64,000 nucleotides of DNA from a virus. A program made the position numbers and the translations under genes. Positions 54,752-64,000 of the stretch are shown here, piece after piece; within the stretch, counting starts at the first letter, position 1; every line of letters begins with the position of its first letter. Under the pieces are notes generated by a model. The model was not told where the DNA came from. It did not search any database and saw only the letters and a program-made list of their open reading frames with translations. The stretch covers positions 64,001-128,000 of the IMG/VR virus record IMGVR_UViG_3300042924_004713, one strand, 5' to 3'.

Positions 54752-57700
54752 TTACTCGTCATTCCTTAAGAACTTAGCAGCTGACGTGTTTTGCAACTGC
54801 AAAGGCACACCGTCGCTTGGCTCAAATGCACCAGGCTGATACCAGCTTTGAGCACGCTTAACTGCTAGAGTCACCAAGCGTCCAGCAGCTGGTGCATCAT
54901 AGAAGCGCACTGTGGCTGGATTAGCATTTAGGAACTGATAAGCAGTTGGAGGCTGTATTATACCGCCCACACTCACAATCAAGGCCTCGAGCCATTCAGT
55001 GCTGTCTATTCCAGTCAAGTTAATATTTGGTGCTGTGAACTGTACCTGAGATCCATTGGCTTTGACACTGGTTTGTACCACATAGTCTTGATAACCACCA
55101 CCTGACAATAGATTCTCTCTACCTATGTTGTACACCAAATCTCCTGCAAAATGATTGGCTATGGCAGTGCCAGCAGTACCTCGTAGCAGTCCGGATAGAG
55201 TGTTGTTTTCTAGATCGCGATATCTAAACGCAATACGCTCACCATTGATAGTTACCACACCAAGATAGTTTGCTGGTATATTTGGTTCACCGCAGGCCAA
55301 TACATTTTCAACATAAATTATGTCATCGTCCACTGAAAGATCACTTAACAACCTTGTGGTAGTGTTATCAGTGATACGATATGTAAGCTGCACGCCGCGC
55401 ATGTCTTGGAAAATACGGAAAGCCATGGCATTGGGAACTATTTGATTGGTATACAGCGTGGCCACAACAACATCAGTGACTGCAATAGGACCAGACAGCA
55501 GTTCTAGATAAGTGGTTGGGTCGCCTGATTCAACGTCAGAAACCACTGTGTAATCAAGTCCCGGGAACAACAGTCGTCCATTCAGGCTTACTATCATTCT
55601 TTCAGATTCTTGCACTGGTCTACGTAGATCAAAGTCGTTTTCTTGAACAGTGATACCCTCGCTGAAGTCAAAACTTCCTGGTTCATTGTTCACTGACCCC
55701 GAGTCAAATGGCAGAAAATCAAAACCTTCGCTGGCTATGGCTCCCTTGGTGATAGGTCCAACCCAGACAATCTGCACAATATTCTGTTGACTGGTATCGT
55801 TGTATGTTGTGACTGAAACCACATCTCCTGGGAACACACCAAACGATCCACTAGGTCTAAATGTGATTTGATTACCAGAAATAATGTAATCAGCGCGAGT
55901 GTTTACACAAATCAGCACTCTATCACCGATGTTGGGCACATAGCTAAGAATAATTGATCGTCTGCTGAATCCATCCCATGGAACCACAGTGAAATCGCTG
56001 CCTAGTACCTGCGGTACATCATTCACGTATACATTAACTTCATTATCAGCTACAAGACCCTGACTGTATCCACCACGCTCTGGAAACAAGAATTCTGCAC
56101 TGCTACCATCACCATACCATTCAATACCTTGGCTTGGTCTAGCTCTAAAACCATTTACTGTAACGTAAGCGTTGTTGGGGTTAGATCCCTGTAGGCTGTT
56201 GGTTAGTGTATAGGTCAGCTGTGCTGTGGAACTTGGTGATAGTTCTGCAATCGTAAAGGTCTGAACTGTGGGCAAACTCCAGGAATATTGTGGAGTCTGG
56301 AAGCCCATTACAGTTAGATTAACAGCATCCAAGCTGGTTAATATCACGGAAAAATTGATTCGTGTTATAGTTGGAGCTATGGATTCAAAAGTGTAATCTG
56401 TGGTTGGTAGCAAACGTGTGCCGTTGACAAAGATTACCAGTTCATAAATGTCGCTGAACTTGACTGGAATCTCAAGCTGAGTACCGATGTCTGCTCCATT
56501 GTAGTTGGCTCGTAGCAGTTGATTACCGCCCCCAACTTCATAGATATTGATTACCAATAGATCATCATCATTGACTCCACTTAGAACTGTGATAGTTTGA
56601 TTTACCCAATCCACGGTGTATTGACTAGGTGCAAGATCACTAGACAACAGGCTACTGCCATTTGGTCCTGCATTGCTTACACGTATCGCGGCAGGATAAA
56701 TTTCATGCGTTTGATACTGTGCAATCTGTGCCCAACTGATTGTAGAATCAGCACTGTTGTAAGTCGCACGCAGTGACAAGATATCAAAGCCGTGTCCTAG
56801 TCCATTCCAATCTGATCCTGGTCGGACATACACACGAAAGTCCATGGTATCAAATTCACTGCCAGGCACTAGCTCTTCTGGTGCATGACTTGAATAGGTA
56901 TCAACAAATGCACCACCATCAACCACAACATCATTCACACCAGTGCCAAGATATTGGTCTATGAATTCACTTTCATATACACTGTCAATCAGTGTTTCAC
57001 TGTAGGTTGGGAGACCGCTGGCATCAAAGTCTAGATTATCCCATGGAGTCATGTCAAATGGCCCGCGGTCAAAGCCAGTGTCTTGATTGAAATTCAGACC
57101 TTTGACTTGTACACCTGGATAATCAGTACCAGTGATAAGCAGTGGAAGCTCACGTCCTGGTTGATCTGCCAATGCCACATAGTAACCCATGGTACGATCA
57201 ACACCACTAAGCTCGCCAACCGGCACTAAAATCCAGTCCTCAGGAATGAATTCTGCTGTGTTGACGCCGGTGCTATCAGGACTGTCAGCTTCCCAGATGC
57301 GTCCTCCAAAGCGTACCAATTGACCATTGTCAAATGTTATGTTTGGTTGCCATTCTTCAATATTGCTTTCGTACTGGTATCTGTCATATTTCAATGTGGT
57401 CTTAATACTACGCACTAGACCATTGTTTAATATAGCAATGGCCTTGGCACCAGTACCGTTACCGCCGGTTATAGTCACACTTGGAGTGGTCAAGTATCCC
57501 TCACCAGGATCTGTTACCACTAGGCTATTCACCTGTCCAGCACTGTTGATAACTGCAATGGCTGTGGCATTGCGTACAGCCACGCCAGATATGGTCACTG
57601 TGGGTGCAGTGGTGTAACCTGTGCCACCAGTAACTAGAATCAACTCCTGCAGTTCTAATTTGTAGTTGTCAAACCACTGGTCATAGGGCTGTGTTTGCCA

Positions 57701-60700
57701 TATGATATTGTTGCTGGCAGCATCACTGGGCGAATTTTCAACATCTGTAAGTATTGGACTGATGTATTCTTGCAAACTTGCATTGTAGTAAGCAGGGATA
57801 TCAAAGTCGGCTATATCACCATTGAACAGATCTTGTCCAGCATACTTTAGGTTAAATTCTCTAATCTGTACATGATAAGGCTTGACCTCAGACAGGTAGT
57901 CTAGCACAAAGTCTTGGTTATCTCGTCTGTAGGTTTGATATGGCAACAGTTCACGAATGTTGTGTTGCACATCAATCAGACTGGTTTTCATCAACCAGTC
58001 CGGTGTTAACTGCTCGGTCAAGATGTAGTTAAACATTAGAATCAGCAGATTGTTTCTTTCAATCAACAATTCATCAATGAAAAGTTCTTGATTGATACCT
58101 TGAATAATTTTGCGTGTTTCGGCTTGAGGTGCTTGATCAAAGTATTGAGCATCAAACACTTCACCGTCAAAGCCTAATCTACCCAATTGATAATCATAGA
58201 TGGCAGGTGATATTTTGATAGTACCATCCTGCAGACCCACACGATTCCATCCTGAATCCAACAGCTGATATACTTCAAACTTGCCCTGGCTATTAGCAGT
58301 GACCAATGCCACTGTGCCCACTGCTACCTGTTGTGCTATCAATGCAGCATATGATGGGACTTCAATTGCAGGAGTTGTGTCTGGATTGAACCCAGGCGCA
58401 TACCAGTTGATATAATCCCAGTATTCATTGGTACGATAATTTTGTACTCTGATCAGTCGCAGACTGTAGATGTTGTTTTCAAATATGGTTTCATAGATGG
58501 TCCATCTACCATTGTTGTTGCTGTCGCTGAGCACAAGATACCTGTAGCCCACTGGTACAATAAGAATATTTTGCCAGCTGAGTTCTTCAAGGTTAGCAAC
58601 TTCTTGATTCCAATTCGTAACTAGAATATTGCCCACTGTGGTCTGTTGCAATGGCACAGGCTCTTCGCTGTTGAGCAAGGTCAAGTTACGACTTTCTGCA
58701 ATAGGATACAGTGCCAACACACTATTGGTTCTGTCAATGTAGTTTTGCAGCGCACGGAATCTATCCACGAACATGCTTTGGCGTGGACGGAATTGAACAC
58801 CATATTTCTCTGCCACGGTCAAACTAGGATCTGGCACGGAGAGACCACTTTGATCTTCACCAGCAAAGCTATCCTGTAGTTTGCGATACAGCGGTGGAGT
58901 TAAGAACGCATCTGCTTTGCCCTGGGCCAGCAGCTGGAACTCAGTGTGGATATTATCAGTATTGGGAGTTTGATCAAATTCAATATGAATGATAGTGTCA
59001 AACGCCTTGATATAACTGCTACAGTTGTACAAGGCCACAGTGCTAGAGTTCAGTGGTGCCATGAATGGAATACCACTGGCAATTGGATTGGCCAAATATT
59101 GCGCGATTGCCACTGTGCTTAGAGTTTTATTACCTGTGGTTGGTAATGTGTCTATGCCTCTGACCCAGAAATAATAATTTGACACAAACACATTGTTTTG
59201 TGTTAGTGCGGTTGTTACTGTGTAGTCAATAAAGTTCAAGGGCGTACCAGGACCAGTGTAGTTGGCTGGTGGTACTGTGCTTTCTACCCACTGATAGATA
59301 TCAACACGACTGCCAGGAAATATCTGTCCCCACTTACGACTTGCATACGCAAGCTCATCTTGAGTGACGTCAAGATATCTGACACTGCTGGTATCCCACC
59401 AGATTTGCCCCACATGATTTTTGCCCCAACTATTGCCCTGCACACTGGTAAGTCCAGTGTTGTAGAAAGCCGGATCGTTTGTTGAAACATAATCAATATT
59501 TTGTCTTGCGGCGCCTAGGACTTTGCCCTGTTGCGGATTGAAGAAGTCAAGAAACTGTGTTCTAGGACTTTGTAATCTATCATACAGCAGTGCATTGTTG
59601 ATACTATAGATATCAACAGCAGGCACTTGTTCACGTTTGGCTACCCAGCTAGGAGTTCGATCAGCATTGATAAATGCTGACATCGCACCATTGTTTGTAG
59701 TGGTACTTACTGTGGCGTTTGGTGATCCTACTAGAGTATATGCCCAGGCCTGACTCACGCTTTCTCCAAATCGTTCAGCTGTGGTACTTTCAGGCGAATA
59801 CAGTTGTTGGCCAAAGTTAAACAGTCCTGGATTCAACGAAGAAGGATTTACTGATGGCAAGTAGTCAAATTCATACACCACACCAGATTGATGTAGATCA
59901 GTATAAAAAGTGGTGCTTCCCGAATCAAAGAAAGTGGTGCCATTGTCAAAAGTAACGTTCAAATGCGCTGTACCACCAGGAGCACCTATTATCACGTCTT
60001 CTTGTGCTGATGTTAGTGACCATCCAAAGTTAGCACCATCGGTGGGATAAGGACTGCTTAAAGTTTGACTAAACTCAAAGCTGTTGAATCCTAGGTCACC
60101 ATATGCTGTGCCAATGGCACCTGGTAACACAGACAATCTGTTGTAAGGTGTTGTAGCAGCCTCGTTAATTACGTCAATCACCAACAGACCACTAGATGTT
60201 ACTGCCGCAGTTACATTGGGTATACCACTGTTGACAATAGCATTGGCTAGTCCTGCAACTGTGTTGTTTGGTGCCGCAGGTACAGCGATTTCTTGATAGT
60301 TTATCTGTAGAGTATGGCCAGCAGTCAACACAGGGTTTGCCACGGTGCTGGTTATTGTGCCATAGGTTAAAGGTTGATTCACAAACATCTTTACCGAACC
60401 AGCCTGTGGTACTTGGCTTGCTTGGCTATCATAAGGACTGCCAACTGCTAGTTGACTATCACTCAACACAAACTGCACACTATGACCAAATTCTGCACGT
60501 TCTTGTGGAATGTCGCTTTCAAGTTTGTGTACAGGTCTAAAGAAGTTTGCTTCAATTTCAACAACATCACCAATATTCAACGGTTGATTAACGGTCACAC
60601 TAATTGGAGCTTCAGGACTCACTGAATAGTTCACGGTATAGGTATTGTTTCTTAGTGTGCCATACTGTGCAGTGTTATTAAGGAATTCACCGTTGACCTT

Positions 60701-63700
60701 AACCGACACCGGCAGAGTCAATGGAGCTGCTGTGGTAAAGGTTGTAGGTGCTGTGGTAGCTGTGGTAATAATACGACTTTCTACATCTCGGTTAAAGTAA
60801 TATACAGAACCAGCTCTAAACGTCCCGTTGATATTTTCGTTAGGACATCCAATGGCCAGTTGTCTGCCATCATGACTTGTCGCAACTGAAGCACCAAATT
60901 TAGCGTCTGATGCCAGCCCTGGTCTAGTTAGAACTTGGCATAGTTGATAGTATGTTGGAGCATACGCCATTATGGTAGCACCAATAGCAGGTGAGTTTAC
61001 AAATACCAAATCATAATCATTTAGTGTGCTGTCAGGCAATGAGCTATCGCTCTTAAGCCATTCGTAATCAATCTTAGGACGTTGAACAGTGCCATTGACT
61101 TCTACTCGTACTGAATTGATATTTGTGGCAGTAAACAATGATTCTCTAACTGCAAATCGATCAGTGACTGACAGGCGTCCTCCTGACACTGTGTAGTCTA
61201 AAATAGCACCAGCAAAGCTAACATCAGTTACAGTGATAACACAGTCTTCAGCAGGACTTGAGCCACCAATTTGAGTGCCTTTAATGGTCAACACTTCACC
61301 AATACTGTAGTTTGTGCCAGCGTTTAATAGATCAACAGAATAAAGACCACGCACAACTTCAACGTCCCACAAAGCACTAGTGCCAAGACCAGTTGTGGTG
61401 CTGGCAGTGATATTATAATATTCCTGGAAATCCAACTGCACTGACTGACGTCTTGATATTACCACAGTTTGATTTTTACTTGGTGCTGTAAAGAACTCAA
61501 TAAAACTACCAGTAGCAGAATAATCAATATTCAGTCTTTGAGGTAATCCAGATACCACCACTTCAAGTTGTTGTACATTATCATACTGTATGGTAACAGT
61601 AGAGAATCTACGTGTGGTACCAGTGGTAGGATATGATATAGACTGCGTGGGCACTGGCACTTGACCATATGCATACACTCGGTTCAACTCAGGTGCGCCA
61701 ACATACAACCAACGTTCATCGCCACTCATGGCCAGACTGCTACCAAATTTTGCAGGACCAGGCTGATCTAGTCCCAATAACAATTGGCTTACAGTGAAAG
61801 CCTCAAAGTCGCCGTTGTAATTAATGATTGCGGTATAACCAACGTCTGACAGACTATTAGGAGCACCCACTGCACCCCAAAGATTGTTGCCCACAGTCAT
61901 TGTTGCACCAAAATTACTGACTTGGGCTGCATTCAGGCTGATTGAACCACCATCTTGTAATGTGCCGGCAGGATTTACTCCATATTGGAACACAATGCCA
62001 GTGCTGGCTCCGGGAGCTGATGCCAACATCAGTGTGTTGTTTTCGGTCTGTGCCACAGCACTAGCCCAATAACTGTTCACTGACCGCAAAGGCTCAAGAC
62101 GTTGATTGTAAACAAACGGTTCAGTTCTTTCTAATACTTGCCATCTATCAAAACCATTGTTGTCAACCCAAACTAGGCTCTTAGCTGTGACATTGTTGAT
62201 ATATGGTAAATTGGCAATATCGCTGGGCTGGTCTACTCTAATAGTTTCTAAAACTAGACATACACCTTGTCCTAATAATTCAATCTGATCGTTTGGAATC
62301 GCGAACTCAATCACAATTGATGTCAATGAAGGTACTTCAAGCACACGATAAGCACCGTTGACGTCGGTTGAGAAAGATTTAATTACTATAATGTCATTTA
62401 CAGACAAGTTGTGTTGCTGACTGAATCCGGCTAAAGATGTGCCATTGAAATTGTCTGTGATACTTTGAATGTTACCTGGAACTGCTGAACATCTGTAAAC
62501 ATTCCAATCATGACTGTTGACCTTGGCAATCCACACTGTGGTACCTACTCCAACACTGTCTATGTTAGCATTGATATTTGTAGGATCAATGATTTCAAAT
62601 TCTGTGATATCAACATCATCAAGATTTACATAACCAGCAGTAGGTAGATCCAAATCTCGCCTTGGTGTCACTGCCACAGGCAATATTTCTGGGGAAGTAA
62701 CGTTCCAACTGCTGCGCCATAGATCACCAATCTGCACAGTTTGATCTGCAAAAGACTGTTCAAAAGGCACTATCACCTGTACCGTGCTTGGATTTGAAGT
62801 TAGCAGTGCTTGATTTATTCTTATGTCAAAGAATCTACGATTAGCCTGCGCTCCATAGATTCCTTTGAGAACTGCCCAGTTTTCAAATATACTGTAGTCA
62901 GCAACTTCTTTGTCAAAACTTGCAGTGCCAAACAAGTCCACACTGAACTTTGTACCTTTGGTACTCAAGAACTGTTTGTACACGTTCACTTGACTTACAT
63001 CATCAAGATTTAGATTGGCCATGTACTCTCTGGGTCTAAAACCAATCAGACCGTAGGCCAATAGATCCTGATCACGTTCAAGGTTGGCTCCCACCGTGTT
63101 ATAGGTCTGCTGAATCAAATCTGCTTTGTTGGCAAGATTAGGCAATAGACCTTTTTTGATTTGATTATAATCGCTTAGGGTCCAGTCAACATAGTCAAAT
63201 TCTTGTTTGGGCTGTACAATAGTCAGCGCACTGTAGTACTGATTCTTAAACTTTACAATTTGACCCTTGGTATAGGTTACGTTTGGTTGCCAATCAACAA
63301 TGTTGTCTTGATTTAGAATGAAACCACGTGCATCCAACTGACCATTCCAGTCAGTGCTGGTGCCTGCTATTAGTTGCATGCGTCCCTGACGTGCAGCAGT
63401 GATTGGGTCATATATCAAGTCACCAAACACGCTGGCATTTTTAAACACCATGATATGTTCATATGCAGTGAATCTTAGATCAGCATAGTTGATGGTTTGC
63501 TCTGTTAATGATGTGATCTTGAAATCGTTATCAATACGTTCAACAATTAGATCGTTGATAAGAATCTTGCGTTTGTTTTGATCTTGTATGCTGGTTGTAG
63601 TATCTCGTTCTATGATACTGTCAACAATTGCCCCGGGCCTACTGACCATGAGCGAAGTGCTAGCAGGATTTAAGTTGATAACACTACCTGGTCCCCAGCC

Positions 63701-64000
63701 TTGTCCACTCCAATACAGAAATTCCTGCGCCATCTGACGCCAGTTCAAGGTCAAACCATTTTCCACACTGTCAAAGATCATGCCTTGAGATTCTAACAGT
63801 GCACCGTAGCTGAACAAGAAGTCACATACAGCATTGTCATTGCTAAAGGTATAGCCATAAGGAATCTGTGTTACGATGTCACTGTAGGTAGTGGGTACTG
63901 CAACGGTTTTTCCGCCTGCTGACAGAGTAATTTTTGGTCCAGCTACCTTGCTTACTAGAATCTCAAAGTAGGGATTCACAACATCGTAACCAAAAACTTG
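54752..64000 (-). CDS. giant virion structural protein (baseplate wedge-like), 5' end outside the window
   Basis: >3075 codons open to the window edge; FG-GAP-like repeats (FG-S...VGAP), VNG...DY repeats, KPYH motif. Confidence 0.8.
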   Translation of the reverse strand, partial: QVFGYDVVNPYFEILVSKVAGPKITLSAGGKTVAVPTTYSDIVTQIPYGYTFSNDNAVCDFLFSYGALLESQGMIFDSVENGLTLNWRQMAQEFLYWSGQGWGPGSVINLNPASTSLMVSRPGAIVDSIIERDTTTSIQDQNKRKILINDLIVERIDNDFKITSLTEQTINYADLRFTAYEHIMVFKNASVFGDLIYDPITAARQGRMQLIAGTSTDWNGQLDARGFILNQDNIVDWQPNVTYTKGQIVKFKNQYYSALTIVQPKQEFDYVDWTLSDYNQIKKGLLPNLANKADLIQQTYNTVGANLERDQDLLAYGLIGFRPREYMANLNLDDVSQVNVYKQFLSTKGTKFSVDLFGTASFDKEVADYSIFENWAVLKGIYGAQANRRFFDIRINQALLTSNPSTVQVIVPFEQSFADQTVQIGDLWRSSWNVTSPEILPVAVTPRRDLDLPTAGYVNLDDVDITEFEIIDPTNINANIDSVGVGTTVWIAKVNSHDWNVYRCSAVPGNIQSITDNFNGTSLAGFSQQHNLSVNDIIVIKSFSTDVNGAYRVLEVPSLTSIVIEFAIPNDQIELLGQGVCLVLETIRVDQPSDIANLPYINNVTAKSLVWVDNNGFDRWQVLERTEPFVYNQRLEPLRSVNSYWASAVAQTENNTLMLASAPGASTGIVFQYGVNPAGTLQDGGSISLNAAQVSNFGATMTVGNNLWGAVGAPNSLSDVGYTAIINYNGDFEAFTVSQLLLGLDQPGPAKFGSSLAMSGDERWLYVGAPELNRVYAYGQVPVPTQSISYPTTGTTRRFSTVTIQYDNVQQLEVVVSGLPQRLNIDYSATGSFIEFFTAPSKNQTVVISRRQSVQLDFQEYYNITASTTTGLGTSALWDVEVVRGLYSVDLLNAGTNYSIGEVLTIKGTQIGGSSPAEDCVITVTDVSFAGAILDYTVSGGRLSVTDRFAVRESLFTATNINSVRVEVNGTVQRPKIDYEWLKSDSSLPDSTLNDYDLVFVNSPAIGATIMAYAPTYYQLCQVLTRPGLASDAKFGASVATSHDGRQLAIGCPNENINGTFRAGSVYYFNRDVESRIITTATTAPTTFTTAAPLTLPVSVKVNGEFLNNTAQYGTLRNNTYTVNYSVSPEAPISVTVNQPLNIGDVVEIEANFFRPVHKLESDIPQERAEFGHSVQFVLSDSQLAVGSPYDSQASQVPQAGSVKMFVNQPLTYGTITSTVANPVLTAGHTLQINYQEIAVPAAPNNTVAGLANAIVNSGIPNVTAAVTSSGLLVIDVINEAATTPYNRLSVLPGAIGTAYGDLGFNSFEFSQTLSSPYPTDGANFGWSLTSAQEDVIIGAPGGTAHLNVTFDNGTTFFDSGSTTFYTDLHQSGVVYEFDYLPSVNPSSLNPGLFNFGQQLYSPESTTAERFGESVSQAWAYTLVGSPNATVSTTTNNGAMSAFINADRTPSWVAKREQVPAVDIYSINNALLYDRLQSPRTQFLDFFNPQQGKVLGAARQNIDYVSTNDPAFYNTGLTSVQGNSWGKNHVGQIWWDTSSVRYLDVTQDELAYASRKWGQIFPGSRVDIYQWVESTVPPANYTGPGTPLNFIDYTVTTALTQNNVFVSNYYFWVRGIDTLPTTGNKTLSTVAIAQYLANPIASGIPFMAPLNSSTVALYNCSSYIKAFDTIIHIEFDQTPNTDNIHTEFQLLAQGKADAFLTPPLYRKLQDSFAGEDQSGLSVPDPSLTVAEKYGVQFRPRQSMFVDRFRALQNYIDRTNSVLALYPIAESRNLTLLNSEEPVPLQQTTVGNILVTNWNQEVANLEELSWQNILIVPVGYRYLVLSDSNNNGRWTIYETIFENNIYSLRLIRVQNYRTNEYWDYINWYAPGFNPDTTPAIEVPSYAALIAQQVAVGTVALVTANSQGKFEVYQLLDSGWNRVGLQDGTIKISPAIYDYQLGRLGFDGEVFDAQYFDQAPQAETRKIIQGINQELFIDELLIERNNLLILMFNYILTEQLTPDWLMKTSLIDVQHNIRELLPYQTYRRDNQDFVLDYLSEVKPYHVQIREFNLKYAGQDLFNGDIADFDIPAYYNASLQEYISPILTDVENSPSDAASNNIIWQTQPYDQWFDNYKLELQELILVTGGTGYTTAPTVTISGVAVRNATAIAVINSAGQVNSLVVTDPGEGYLTTPSVTITGGNGTGAKAIAILNNGLVRSIKTTLKYDRYQYESNIEEWQPNITFDNGQLVRFGGRIWEADSPDSTGVNTAEFIPEDWILVPVGELSGVDRTMGYYVALADQPGRELPLLITGTDYPGVQVKGLNFNQDTGFDRGPFDMTPWDNLDFDASGLPTYSETLIDSVYESEFIDQYLGTGVNDVVVDGGAFVDTYSSHAPEELVPGSEFDTMDFRVYVRPGSDWNGLGHGFDILSLRATYNSADSTISWAQIAQYQTHEIYPAAIRVSNAGPNGSSLLSSDLAPSQYTVDWVNQTITVLSGVNDDDLLVINIYEVGGGNQLLRANYNGADIGTQLEIPVKFSDIYELVIFVNGTRLLPTTDYTFESIAPTITRINFSVILTSLDAVNLTVMGFQTPQYSWSLPTVQTFTIAELSPSSTAQLTYTLTNSLQGSNPNNAYVTVNGFRARPSQGIEWYGDGSSAEFLFPERGGYSQGLVADNEVNVYVNDVPQVLGSDFTVVPWDGFSRRSIILSYVPNIGDRVLICVNTRADYIISGNQITFRPSGSFGVFPGDVVSVTTYNDTSQQNIVQIVWVGPITKGAIASEGFDFLPFDSGSVNNEPGSFDFSEGITVQENDFDLRRPVQESERMIVSLNGRLLFPGLDYTVVSDVESGDPTTYLELLSGPIAVTDVVVATLYTNQIVPNAMAFRIFQDMRGVQLTYRITDNTTTRLLSDLSVDDDIIYVENVLACGEPNIPANYLGVVTINGERIAFRYRDLENNTLSGLLRGTAGTAIANHFAGDLVYNIGRENLLSGGGYQDYVVQTSVKANGSQVQFTAPNINLTGIDSTEWLEALIVSVGGIIQPPTAYQFLNANPATVRFYDAPAAGRLVTLAVKRAQSWYQPGAFEPSDGVPLQLQNTSAAKFLRNDE

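Overview
This 64 kb window looks like part of a large tailed (jumbo-type) bacteriophage genome. The host is probably a Betaproteobacterium, inferred from PstS, the PqqA and DUF3563-like peptides and the tmRNA tag. (1) 1-6.6 kb: a dense RNA island with 29 tRNAs covering all 20 amino acids, one degenerate tRNA, several unannotated structured RNAs, small ORFs and a GGQ release-factor-like gene. A 24-aa PqqA gene missed by the ORF track follows on the minus strand. (2) 6.8-19.2 kb: host-physiology genes, namely phosphatases, a methyltransferase and B12 radical SAM pair, a Bfd-like ferredoxin, a circularly permuted two-piece tmRNA, Pho-box-preceded pstS plus an OprO/P porin, groES/groEL, an RpoZ-like protein and ahcY. 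(3) 19.3-27.9 kb: genes behind TTGACCA-N16-TAYAAT promoters, a MoxR AAA+ ATPase and VWA pair, and thyX. (4) 27.9-51.5 kb: a roughly 23 kb amino-sugar/glycan tailoring cluster with a PIG-L deacetylase, DegT aminotransferase, epimerase, amidinotransferase, carbamoyltransferase, five N-terminal-twitch radical SAM paralogs and several glycosyltransferase-like paralogs. (5) 51.5-64 kb: virion structural genes, including tail fibres and a >3000-aa baseplate-like protein cut by the window edge. All calls come from manual motif reading and folding; no database searches were run.
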